This document shows positions 8,255 through 16,441 of a stretch of 64,000 nt of DNA, piece after piece. A model generated the notes under the pieces. That model did no database searches. It was not told the origin of the DNA and was given only the letters and a program-made list of their open reading frames with translations. Numbering within the stretch: the stretch's first letter is position 1; every line of letters starts with the position of its first letter. A program made the translations under genes and the position numbers. Source of the stretch: a virus; the IMG/VR virus record IMGVR_UViG_3300046779_002065, positions 1-64,000 of that record; one strand, 5' to 3'.

Positions 8255-8886
8255 AAATACATACTAAAAATTTCATCACTCCGCAAGCAAAGTTCAATTT
8301 TAATCACTTTTGCTTTTTGCCGACTATCAGCTTTTCAGTTATTAAAACCGGAAAAGATTTTGACAAAGAATCTGACAGTGAAATCAGTCAGGTCAGCAAA
8401 TTACTAAAATTTGAATGGTTATTCTTTTCTGCAGGATTCGTGTGGTTGACTGTTCACCAGGAAAAACCATTTAAAGCAGAACAAGTAAAGTATCTCAAAC
8501 ATAAAGCAAACATCGGATGGCGACTCCTGATTGCATTTTTGCTTATCATCTTGGGTCTTGTATTGGATTCATTTTCTAATAACCCCAAAGCACATCAATT
8601 TGAGTCCTTTTTCACCATCCTCGCATTGTTGTTAATGTTTACTACATCCTTAGACCGCAGTGACTATCTCTTAGATGAGTATAGTGACCTGGTTATGGGT
8701 GAAAATGAAGTAGCCATTCAGTCTATGAAACTCATGCTTGAAATGAGACAAGAGCTGTATAACTTGACTGTTAAGCATAAAGCAGCAGAACAAACAATTA
8801 CAGACCTTGAGACTGAACTAAATAGCTTAAAATCAAAACCTGCTCCTAGAAAGAAAGCAGTAAAAGAAACCGTGTCTGAAGCGTAA
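8251..8886 (+). CDS. membrane protein with C-terminal coiled coil
   Basis: Hydrophobic segments LLIAFLLIILGLVL and FFTILALLLMF, then a heptad-rich tail. Confidence 0.7.
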   Translation: MKIHTKNFITPQAKFNFNHFCFLPTISFSVIKTGKDFDKESDSEISQVSKLLKFEWLFFSAGFVWLTVHQEKPFKAEQVKYLKHKANIGWRLLIAFLLIILGLVLDSFSNNPKAHQFESFFTILALLLMFTTSLDRSDYLLDEYSDLVMGENEVAIQSMKLMLEMRQELYNLTVKHKAAEQTITDLETELNSLKSKPAPRKKAVKETVSEA

Positions 8887-8897
8887 GCTTTGGACGT

Positions 8898-9055
8898 AAG
8901 CACTGTGGTTGTAGAGGATACCAACAGTTGATGACTAGGACCCTAGTATGTGAACTCCCAGTACATGAATAATTCAATTCAAGGAACATATAGTAGCAGA
9001 AAACGTCGCTTAGCATGAGCTGACAATCCCGGTTCGAATCCGGGAGTGCTTGCCA
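8898..9055 (+). ncRNA. tRNA-like RNA F with large insert and encoded CCA
   Basis: Acceptor AAGCACT/AGTGCTT, T-arm CCCGG-TTCGAAT-CCGGG, 3' G-CCA. Confidence 0.65.
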
Positions 9056-9075
9056 ACCATTAATCCAATTATTTT

Positions 9076-9483
9076 ATGAAAATTACAAAAACTGTCGCTG
9101 AAGCACTTGCGAGTCGAGTAGCTAAGCAAATCGAACAAGATTTAAAAAGCAAAAAAGAACATGTTGAACAAGCTGTTGTTTCAAGTAAAGAGTTCAAATT
9201 GATTCAGAAGATGTACAAGCAAATCAATCAATTGAATGAAGACATTTATTCTTTGGAGAAAGCAATCGCTAAAAATCATTCAAGTAAGTTTTACAGTGTA
9301 CAAATAAACGTACGTTCTGAAGCTACCGGAACTATTCGTGCAAGCGTACCTTATGTGTACATTCGACCTGACATGCCTCGTCATGAGAATATCGTAAACG
9401 ACATTTTGATTGAAGGAGCTTTTGCAGATTCATCAACCAGTGTAGACAATTTTGTTGAACAACTTACTAAGCGTTATTTATAA
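9076..9483 (+). CDS. hypothetical protein
   Basis: 135-aa ORF with AT-rich leader. Confidence 0.7.
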   Translation: MKITKTVAEALASRVAKQIEQDLKSKKEHVEQAVVSSKEFKLIQKMYKQINQLNEDIYSLEKAIAKNHSSKFYSVQINVRSEATGTIRASVPYVYIRPDMPRHENIVNDILIEGAFADSSTSVDNFVEQLTKRYL

Positions 9484-9773
9484 TGTTTACTGTAAATGAA
9501 TTCACACACTTCTATAAGTATCAGCATCCTGAAATAAAAGTCAAAATGCTTATAGCAAGTGAGAAACCTTATCCGTTTAATAAAGCAAACTCTATGTATG
9601 TGCTAGAACATGAGATGGGTAAAATCGAGATATCAGTTAATCAATCTGCTACTTTTGATAAGTTAGACGATGATGATATTAAGTCAGGATCTTTTGGTGA
9701 AATCACTAAAGAAGAATTTATTACAGCAGTACATAAAAATGTAACCTTTATTCTCGAATCCGCTGTTCAGTAA
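9483..9773 (+). CDS. hypothetical protein
   Basis: TAATG translational coupling. Confidence 0.65.
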   Translation: MFTVNEFTHFYKYQHPEIKVKMLIASEKPYPFNKANSMYVLEHEMGKIEISVNQSATFDKLDDDDIKSGSFGEITKEEFITAVHKNVTFILESAVQ

Positions 9774-9779
9774 CTCCTT

Positions 9780-9862
9780 GACGGGTGTTGGGTATTGTGA
9801 GTCCCAGTGTCGAATATAAGTCTTCGATTCAAGTGCCGGTTCGATTCTGGTCACCCGTCCCA
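9780..9862 (+). ncRNA. atypical tRNA-His-like RNA G
   Basis: G-1:C73 pair, acceptor ACGGGTG/CACCCGT, encoded CCA, T-arm GCCGG-TTCGATT-CTGGT; the TTGTGAG loop sits where the D-arm should be. Confidence 0.6.
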
Positions 9863-9920
9863 TTCCTCTATGCAGATATTAAAGAGGTGTGCGAGATAAT
9901 TGTGGTTTTCATACGCTAAC

Positions 9921-9952
9921 TGACCCTGGAGCTTCTGCACTCCGGGGTTTTG
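9921..9952 (+). terminator. intrinsic terminator
   Basis: ACCCTGGAG..CTCCGGGGT followed by TTT. Confidence 0.55.
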
Positions 9953-9982
9953 CGTTTTTATTACCACCTAATCCAAGAACTT

Positions 9983-10249
9983 ATGAGTATAGACATAAAA
10001 GATGTAAGACGTGCATATATCCTTGCACGAGTGTTGAATGTTCAGTATCAGTTTATACGAGATTTTGTAAACGCTGATCTGCGCAAATCTATCAATGAAG
10101 CAAAAGCTAAAAACTCTCATTTCATTAAACAGATCGATGAGAAGTTTAAAAAGCATTACCTGTCTAGTCAGACAGACAATGACGAAGAACTAGGTTTCCA
10201 ACTCCTGGAACATCTAGAGAAATTAATGGATCCAAAGAAAGAACTATGA
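9983..10249 (+). CDS. hypothetical protein
   Basis: MSIDIKDV.. ATG start inside the 9950 ORF. Confidence 0.65.
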   Translation: MSIDIKDVRRAYILARVLNVQYQFIRDFVNADLRKSINEAKAKNSHFIKQIDEKFKKHYLSSQTDNDEELGFQLLEHLEKLMDPKKEL

Positions 10250-10473
10250 AAAAAGTAATATTAGCAACATTACTCATCGGTATGATGGGTAGTTGCAATA
10301 AACCAAATGTTCCAGTAAAACGAACTAACTATCTTGTTTTTGAAGAATTTTCTCCTTTAAAACTTATAGTCATTGACTCTTGTCAATATCTATTTGGAGA
10401 TTACGGGTCTAGTTCAGTATTAACCCACAAAGGCAACTGTTCTAACCCTATTCACAAAGGAGGTAACAAATGA
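10246..10473 (+). CDS. putative lipoprotein
   Basis: MKK + hydrophobic stretch + MGSC lipobox-like motif. Confidence 0.6.
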   Translation: MKKVILATLLIGMMGSCNKPNVPVKRTNYLVFEEFSPLKLIVIDSCQYLFGDYGSSSVLTHKGNCSNPIHKGGNK

Positions 10474-10871
10474 TAGAAAAAGAATATGTACCATACGAAC
10501 TTGCTTTAGAGTTAAAGCAACTTCAATTTGATGAACCTTGTATATCAAATTACACTAGTTTTGGTAAGTTCTCAAATGACTATTCAGCACCAAGAAAATA
10601 CAACTCCGAATTTGAATTAGGTAGTTATATTTCAGCACCAACCTACTCACAAGCATTTAGATTCTTTAGAGAGAAGTATGGTTTAGACCAGTATGTAAGA
10701 AGAGTTTATGGAGCAAACAAACATTATGTCTATAAGATACTTAAAGACGGGATTATAATTGATGGAACATCAGTTGACGAAGTTTTTCCTTCATCTTCTT
10801 CACACGAAGAAGCAGAACTTGCTTGTCTGAAATATTTGATTAAAACTGTAAAAGAAAATGAAAACCGCTAG
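10470..10871 (+). CDS. phage hypothetical protein
   Basis: YVPYELALELK..FDEPC..APTYSQAFRFFREK, a pattern I recall from Bacteroidota phage proteins. Confidence 0.7.
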   Translation: MIEKEYVPYELALELKQLQFDEPCISNYTSFGKFSNDYSAPRKYNSEFELGSYISAPTYSQAFRFFREKYGLDQYVRRVYGANKHYVYKILKDGIIIDGTSVDEVFPSSSSHEEAELACLKYLIKTVKENENR

Positions 10872-11535
10872 AAAATCATACGGTCCTGACTATGAATGTC
10901 AGAAACCCTGGGACGAAGAGATGTTCGTCCAGTGTGGCGATGCCGGTCTTGTATTACAAGAGAACGGAGATTATAGAACAGCTTTCTTTGAAGCTTTTCC
11001 TAAGAATCCTAGCTGTTTCCTTCGTGGAGAAGGACCCACCCTGGAAGAAGCTGAAGCTGCGTGCTGGGAAAAATACCAGAAAGTTCTCACTTGTGAACAC
11101 GAGATGGAACGTAGAAACAGACGTGATGGTTACGGATACTGCAAGCATTGCGCGTATGCGTCTATGGTTTTTGAACCACTGGACAAATGCTGCAAGTGCG
11201 GTGTTCCTACCAGGTACACCACAGATTACAAAGGCAGACACTATTGTAAGAAACATGGACGTACCAAACCAAAGAATCCTAATCCTTCACGTATTGAACG
11301 TATGATAGAACCAGAAAGAAACCGTCTATCCCGTAAAGAAAAGAAGCTACTCAAAAAAGCAGTTACTTACCAATTCAGGAAACAAGAAATCTATGGTAAA
11401 ATAACGTACAGTTTTTCTTATTGTCCACAGTTTAAATGCGGTGATAAGTCTATTACATTAATGTTTAGAAGTCAACGCGTCAAGTTAATTCGTCTATATC
11501 GTCACGTTAAAAGTTATGAGAAGATCATTTATTAG
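10858..11535 (+). CDS. Cys-rich, putative Zn-binding hypothetical protein
   Basis: CKHC, CCKC and YCKKH motifs. Confidence 0.7.
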   Translation: MKTARKSYGPDYECQKPWDEEMFVQCGDAGLVLQENGDYRTAFFEAFPKNPSCFLRGEGPTLEEAEAACWEKYQKVLTCEHEMERRNRRDGYGYCKHCAYASMVFEPLDKCCKCGVPTRYTTDYKGRHYCKKHGRTKPKNPNPSRIERMIEPERNRLSRKEKKLLKKAVTYQFRKQEIYGKITYSFSYCPQFKCGDKSITLMFRSQRVKLIRLYRHVKSYEKIIY

Positions 11536-11860
11536 TTATTTACTTGACAACTTTTTGTGGGTACTTATTTTTGCAATAATCGCGGGAACTACATGGTTGT
11601 GCGCTGAGTACAAACAACCTTTTTACCAATACAAAGTCAAAGTGATTTTCTGTGACGGACGTTCACCTCGTGAAGTAAGCTTTAAAGATTTTCGTTGTCC
11701 AGGAATAGATTACAAAGAAGAAGGACGCTATGGTGCTCAGGCACTCAGTGCTTTTGAATACGAAACATCCGACGGTAATCGTACACTACTGAACGTCTGT
11801 GAAGTTCAAATTCTACACAAAACCTACATTGGAGATTACACTCTAATTAACCATCCGTAA
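11516..11860 (+). CDS. membrane-anchored hypothetical protein
   Basis: N-terminal TM segment FLWVLIFAIIAG. Confidence 0.6.
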   Translation: MRRSFISYLLDNFLWVLIFAIIAGTTWLCAEYKQPFYQYKVKVIFCDGRSPREVSFKDFRCPGIDYKEEGRYGAQALSAFEYETSDGNRTLLNVCEVQILHKTYIGDYTLINHP

Positions 11861-11865
11861 ACCCT

Positions 11866-12234
11866 ATGAAAATTCATAAAGTAAAAGAGTCTATTGACTC
11901 CACCCTGTACGAGTTGAGCGAACCTGCTCACAATTTTGTTTCCTGTGTCGACTACGACGATGATGAAGTCAACAAAGCAAACGTCATGGACGTTCGTGAA
12001 TGTGTCGACATCGTCTACAACTACCTAAAAGTAAAGCAAGTCAATGATAAGCGTGTGTTTTATCCTGCCGACAATAAAGGTCATGGGTTATCCAGTCCAA
12101 TACTGATTGCGGATATCAACACTCCGCTTGAGAAATGCTTTGCTGTTATGTATGGTAATATGGTTGTACTTGAGGATAAACTGATCGCACCGAAATTTGA
12201 CGATTTCGACTTTAACCCGGATCATGCTATCTAA
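11866..12234 (+). CDS. hypothetical protein
   Basis: 122-aa ORF. Confidence 0.65.
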   Translation: MKIHKVKESIDSTLYELSEPAHNFVSCVDYDDDEVNKANVMDVRECVDIVYNYLKVKQVNDKRVFYPADNKGHGLSSPILIADINTPLEKCFAVMYGNMVVLEDKLIAPKFDDFDFNPDHAI

Positions 12235-12454
12235 AATCGTCCTTGTTATTACCGTAATCATACTGCTTAAGTATCTGTTCTTTTGCTACACGTTCATGTC
12301 TGTTTACATTGCGTTGGCAATTTACGCTGCTAAGAGAGTTTCCAAATATCACATTTACTTGTGGTTATCTGCACCTATCAGTGCACCCTACATCTTGTTA
12401 CTCAACCTAACAAGTCTTCTGACCAAACTGGACGACGATTCCAGTGACTCTTAA
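12224..12454 (+). CDS. small membrane protein
   Basis: Very hydrophobic; ATG at 12224. Confidence 0.5.
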   Translation: MLSKIVLVITVIILLKYLFFCYTFMSVYIALAIYAAKRVSKYHIYLWLSAPISAPYILLLNLTSLLTKLDDDSSDS

Positions 12455-12484
12455 TTTTTCATTCACATTTTAATTTAAACGATT

Positions 12485-12985
12485 ATGCAAAGTGCTATCG
12501 CCCCAGAGAATGTAACATTCTCTCAACCAACTGTTGTACCTACCGAAACAGGTATGGTCATTCGTGTTAACGAAAAAAACAAAGATTTCGGATACATCTT
12601 GTTGCGTCAGGTACGTAATGAGTTCAGCGAAGAAGGCTTCATCGAAGAAAAACCAATTACCTGCCTGGTAAAAGGTCACCTGGCGTCTTTAAAGAGACTA
12701 AAGTGGACACCATGGCAGCAATTGAAAGGTAAGATCGTGGTTCAGGAATCCTTGGAACCCTTCCGTGAAAAGAGCATCGATTACGACATCAAGATGTCCA
12801 GCCGCGAAGGTGGTGTAATGCTTGTTCACGAAGATCAACCTATTTTCCGCAGAACGTTCTACAGCGTTAACCCGGAGAAAGCTGACACCTACATCAAACA
12901 TACCAATGTTGATGAAGTTCGTGCTGCAGTCGCTGCAAAAGCTGACGTAAAGCGCGAAGAGTTTGCTACAGCAGACTTAGACTAA
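12485..12985 (+). CDS. hypothetical protein (possible ssDNA-binding protein)
   Basis: Beta-rich sequence, acidic tail ..ATADLD, followed by a terminator. Confidence 0.7.
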   Translation: MQSAIAPENVTFSQPTVVPTETGMVIRVNEKNKDFGYILLRQVRNEFSEEGFIEEKPITCLVKGHLASLKRLKWTPWQQLKGKIVVQESLEPFREKSIDYDIKMSSREGGVMLVHEDQPIFRRTFYSVNPEKADTYIKHTNVDEVRAAVAAKADVKREEFATADLD

Positions 12986-13007
12986 CATATTCATAACCAA
13001 ACTTTAA

Positions 13008-13041
13008 AGAGACCTCGGCAGAAATGTCGGGGTCTTTTTTT
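13008..13041 (+). terminator. intrinsic terminator
   Basis: AGAGACCTCGGCA-GAAA-TGTCGGGGTCT followed by a T-run. Confidence 0.75.
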
Positions 13042-13128
13042 GTAGATTGAACTGTAGATAATTTGGAGTATATCTCCTTAAGTTCTACATTTAATCCCCA
13101 TTTTAACAACTAACTCAAAACGATAATC

Positions 13129-13635
13129 ATGTCAAACACCAAAACTATCACAGCAACCGCTCAGGGATTGAATATCTACTACGAGCGCACCCAACATTTA
13201 ACCACTGTAAAGTACGATAAAGCATTGTACCAGAACCAGCGTAACAACCCCGTAAACCGTTTTGGCGGTCTGCATCTGAACCCTATTCAGCGAACTATGT
13301 TTCGTCGGATAATGTACGGATTAGGTGACTTCACTCCAGCTCAAATCCAGGAGATGGATAAAAACACCAGGCAAGCTATTGACACCGATCACAAGCGTGC
13401 CAAAGCAGCAATCGACAAAATGAAGTACGATTTGACCTACGCTCCAGTGGACAAATTATTTAACGCAATTTTCCCCCACGTGAAAATCGGTACTAAACAG
13501 TATGATTTTCATGTATCACTCCCATCCCTGCGGGAGCTACGTATCGGTACCAAAGAGGTATGCGAAACATTAATTCAGGCAGGACTATTACCACAAAACT
13601 TTTTCAGTATCAACACTGAATCTCTCGCATTATGA
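13129..13635 (+). CDS. hypothetical protein
   Basis: 168-aa ORF. Confidence 0.7.
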   Translation: MSNTKTITATAQGLNIYYERTQHLTTVKYDKALYQNQRNNPVNRFGGLHLNPIQRTMFRRIMYGLGDFTPAQIQEMDKNTRQAIDTDHKRAKAAIDKMKYDLTYAPVDKLFNAIFPHVKIGTKQYDFHVSLPSLRELRIGTKEVCETLIQAGLLPQNFFSINTESLAL

Positions 13636-13952
13636 AAAACAATTTTAGTAACCAAGAATTACTCCTGATTCACGACCGATTCAGTGAGCACGTTGCAGCT
13701 ATTGAATCCTGCGCTTCAAAGAAAGTTATCGTTCGTACTGTAGAAATCCCAGGAATGGGAGGAGCTGCTACGAACTACCCAATCAATGACGAACAGGCAG
13801 CTGCACTCCTGGAATCAGAGCAGTACATCGCTGCCAAGAATATTGTTTCCAAGTTGCAACCGATAGCTGAAATGATCCGTGAAACCGGTATTGTTGAAAC
13901 CAAAACGCTATCCGATGAAGTTTGGAAGGGTATCCACAACAGTGATGCTTGA
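13632..13952 (+). CDS. hypothetical protein
   Basis: ATGA coupling. Confidence 0.65.
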   Translation: MKNNFSNQELLLIHDRFSEHVAAIESCASKKVIVRTVEIPGMGGAATNYPINDEQAAALLESEQYIAAKNIVSKLQPIAEMIRETGIVETKTLSDEVWKGIHNSDA

Positions 13953-14202
13953 TGATTCAATCCCCCTTCAAACAAAAGGACTCTACAGTATTCTCGTGTG
14001 CCTCTGTGGTGCGCGGGACTACTGTTATCCTGGAATCTCGTACCTCATGGAGCTGACCAAAATGAGTCGTGCTACTGTGTACAGACACCTCCAGGACCTG
14101 GAAGACCGAGGATTGATCCGCAGGGCGTATGACCCTTCAAAGAAGAAAATCATTACAAGGAACCTGGCGTTCCTAACGTACAATTCGCCAGATAATGAGT
14201 AA
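13915..14202 (+). CDS. winged helix-turn-helix protein (HTH_36 / replication-initiator N-terminus-like)
   Basis: KGLYSIL..CYPGISYLMELTKMSRATVYRHLQDLEDRGLI. Confidence 0.7.
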   Translation: MKFGRVSTTVMLDDSIPLQTKGLYSILVCLCGARDYCYPGISYLMELTKMSRATVYRHLQDLEDRGLIRRAYDPSKKKIITRNLAFLTYNSPDNE

Positions 14203-14665
14203 GCAAATGACAAACTTTTTATCAAAAATCCAAGAAGCTCACAACAGTGAGAAAACTCCGCATCTGGTAGTTGCTGTTGAAGCAAGCTCTTCAGGAAGTC
14301 CCAGAGGCATCTTTGGAGGTTTTGAAGGTGGAACCCTCGTTCGACTCGGTTTAATCGAACTGGCGATGCGCCAGCTAGATGAAATGCGACAAGATATCAT
14401 TGACGCAATCGAAAATAACGTGGCAGAAAGAACCGACGTAAAATCTCCGATTGTAAATCAGGATACCAAGCTCAAACAAGCGTTGGAGAAATTACCTCCT
14501 GAGTTACGAGAAAGTGTAGACAAGTTGATGGACAAAGTAAAAACCTCCATGGGTGACTTGTCTAAAGAAAACATCAAAGATGCATTTGTCCAGGACACGC
14601 TTAAAGAAATTAATAAACGTTTCGGGTTTGAAGGGAATCCTATCCAAACCAACAATCCGGATTGA
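14195..14665 (+). CDS. hypothetical protein
   Basis: 156-aa ORF. Confidence 0.7.
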   Translation: MSKQMTNFLSKIQEAHNSEKTPHLVVAVEASSSGSPRGIFGGFEGGTLVRLGLIELAMRQLDEMRQDIIDAIENNVAERTDVKSPIVNQDTKLKQALEKLPPELRESVDKLMDKVKTSMGDLSKENIKDAFVQDTLKEINKRFGFEGNPIQTNNPD

Positions 14666-14667
14666 AC

Positions 14668-14781
14668 TGTCTCACCAGTGAGACAATGTCAAATCGTGCG
14701 CTCTCTATAGAGAACTCTATATAATACTATATATATAGGAGAGTCTCACCAGTGAGACACTGTTGTCTCATCAGTGAGACA
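14668..14781. repeat. three palindromic GTCTCA-N4-TGAGAC sites around an AT-rich spacer (candidate origin or operator)
   Basis: Copies at 14668-14685, 14743-14758 and 14764-14781. Confidence 0.8.
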
Positions 14782-14848
14782 GTGCACGTATTAAAATTGA
14801 ACACAATTGACTATCTGTTGGTGACCCAACATTTTAATTCTTACGATT

Positions 14849-15073
14849 ATGCTAGACGATCATTTTGAAGGAATACCGGTACTGGTATATGACTTATCAG
14901 TACCCATTGAGAATAGGGTGCCCAAAGAATTTCCAACGCTTACCTCAGCGTCTCATTACCTGGGTGTAACGCCAAAAGTTATTCTGAATGCAACTGATCC
15001 TCTCAAGAAACGTAAGATTCAAAGTCCCAAATTCAAACAACAATTCGCAGTGCGATTAAAAAAATCAAAGTAA
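14849..15073 (+). CDS. NUMOD1-like small DNA-binding protein
   Basis: VLVYDL..EFPTLTSASHYLGVTPKVI. Confidence 0.55.
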   Translation: MLDDHFEGIPVLVYDLSVPIENRVPKEFPTLTSASHYLGVTPKVILNATDPLKKRKIQSPKFKQQFAVRLKKSK

Positions 15074-15081
15074 AAAACAAA

Positions 15082-16377
15082 ATGGCAAACACAATATTTT
15101 TCAAAATCGATTTCTCAGGTAAAACTTTTAAACCTGCTTTGTTACCAAAACAAGAGTACCAAATCTCTGAAGATTTAGAAAGCTACGCAGACTTGCGTGA
15201 TTTCATCATCCCCGATGAGAGCTGTATGCGCTTCCCAATGAAGACAGTTCTTGCCAGCGACGACTGGACTTTCAACAGTGACAAAGTGTTAAAAATTAAC
15301 ACCATCAAAGTAATTCACTACGGTGAGATCGTGTATTACCACGGCGTTGCTCCTGAAATGCAAGTATCTATCAATACAGTAGATATGTATGTTGACTACC
15401 TGATTGAACAAGGTGAAACATCATTTGCTAAAACCATTTCAGACTGTTTTGCAGGTGTTGGTTTAGTACTCGACTTTGATGCTAAAATAGCAAAAGCAAA
15501 AGAAGAAGAAGTAGCAACAGCTACTGCAGCTGGTGGATTCAAAGCACACATTGAAGCTACGTATCCAACACCTGACATGAAAAAGACAGGGTTCCACGTA
15601 GAACAAAACATCTGGAACTTGTTGATCCGTAATGGTCTTCGTATGGAGAACACAATGCTGATCGGTCCAACCGGTACCGGTAAGACGGAGGTATTGCAAC
15701 ACGTTGCCGAGGCACTGGGTAAGAAACTCTACATCGTCGATATGGGTACTGTCCAGGACGCACAATCCGCGTTGCTTGGTGTACACAGACTCAATGAGAA
15801 AGGTTTCTCCGAGTTTGATTACGCTCCGTTTGCAAAATACATCCAGGAAGACTGTATCATTTTGCTGGACGAGTTGTCTCGTGCACCACTAAGTGCAGCG
15901 AACATCTTATTCCCATGTCTGGACAGACGTCGTTACTTGCCGATTGACATCGCTGGTGACGGTGAAGAGCGTCATATTCCGGTGCATGAGAACACCATGT
16001 TCTTTGCTACTGCCAACTTAGGTAGTGAGTACACCGGTACGCATGCTATTGACCGTGCGTTGATTGACCGTTTCTTCCCGGTAGAACTTGATTACCCAAT
16101 CGAGAAAGCGGAGATTGATATCCTTGCTAAACGTACGGGTATTGACAAGAAAATTGCAAAAGCAATTGTAAAAATCAGCCGCAGTATCCGCTCTCAATAC
16201 AAAGAGCAGGAACTCTCTACTACTGTTTCAGTTCGTCACACCTTGCAGACTGCTGCTTTGGTTACTGACGGATTTGACTTGGTAACGTCTCTTAACCAGG
16301 TAATCCTTCCATTGTTTGACGATGGTAACGGTGCTGGTGAGCGTGCAAAAGTGCGTAGCATTATCGCTGCGCTTTAA
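15082..16377 (+). CDS. MoxR/CbbQ/CobS-like AAA+ ATPase
   Basis: Walker A GPTGTGKT, Walker B ILLDELSR, FFATAN, DRALIDRF. Confidence 0.9.
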   Translation: MANTIFFKIDFSGKTFKPALLPKQEYQISEDLESYADLRDFIIPDESCMRFPMKTVLASDDWTFNSDKVLKINTIKVIHYGEIVYYHGVAPEMQVSINTVDMYVDYLIEQGETSFAKTISDCFAGVGLVLDFDAKIAKAKEEEVATATAAGGFKAHIEATYPTPDMKKTGFHVEQNIWNLLIRNGLRMENTMLIGPTGTGKTEVLQHVAEALGKKLYIVDMGTVQDAQSALLGVHRLNEKGFSEFDYAPFAKYIQEDCIILLDELSRAPLSAANILFPCLDRRRYLPIDIAGDGEERHIPVHENTMFFATANLGSEYTGTHAIDRALIDRFFPVELDYPIEKAEIDILAKRTGIDKKIAKAIVKISRSIRSQYKEQELSTTVSVRHTLQTAALVTDGFDLVTSLNQVILPLFDDGNGAGERAKVRSIIAAL

Positions 16378-16441
16378 GTTTAACCCTTAAACATTTAACA
16401 TCTCCTGGTTTAACCTCCGGGAGGTGTTTTTTTTCAAGATT

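Noticed and set aside
8898-9055. tmRNA call (GCAGAAAACGTCGCTTAG resembles a tag-reading frame)
   Set aside because: Too short, no G3:U70 pair, G discriminator and no convincing tag or pseudoknots; kept only as tRNA-like
14668-14781. CRISPR mini-array
   Set aside because: Repeats are 16-18 bp with spacers of ~57 and ~5 bp, and no cas genes are present
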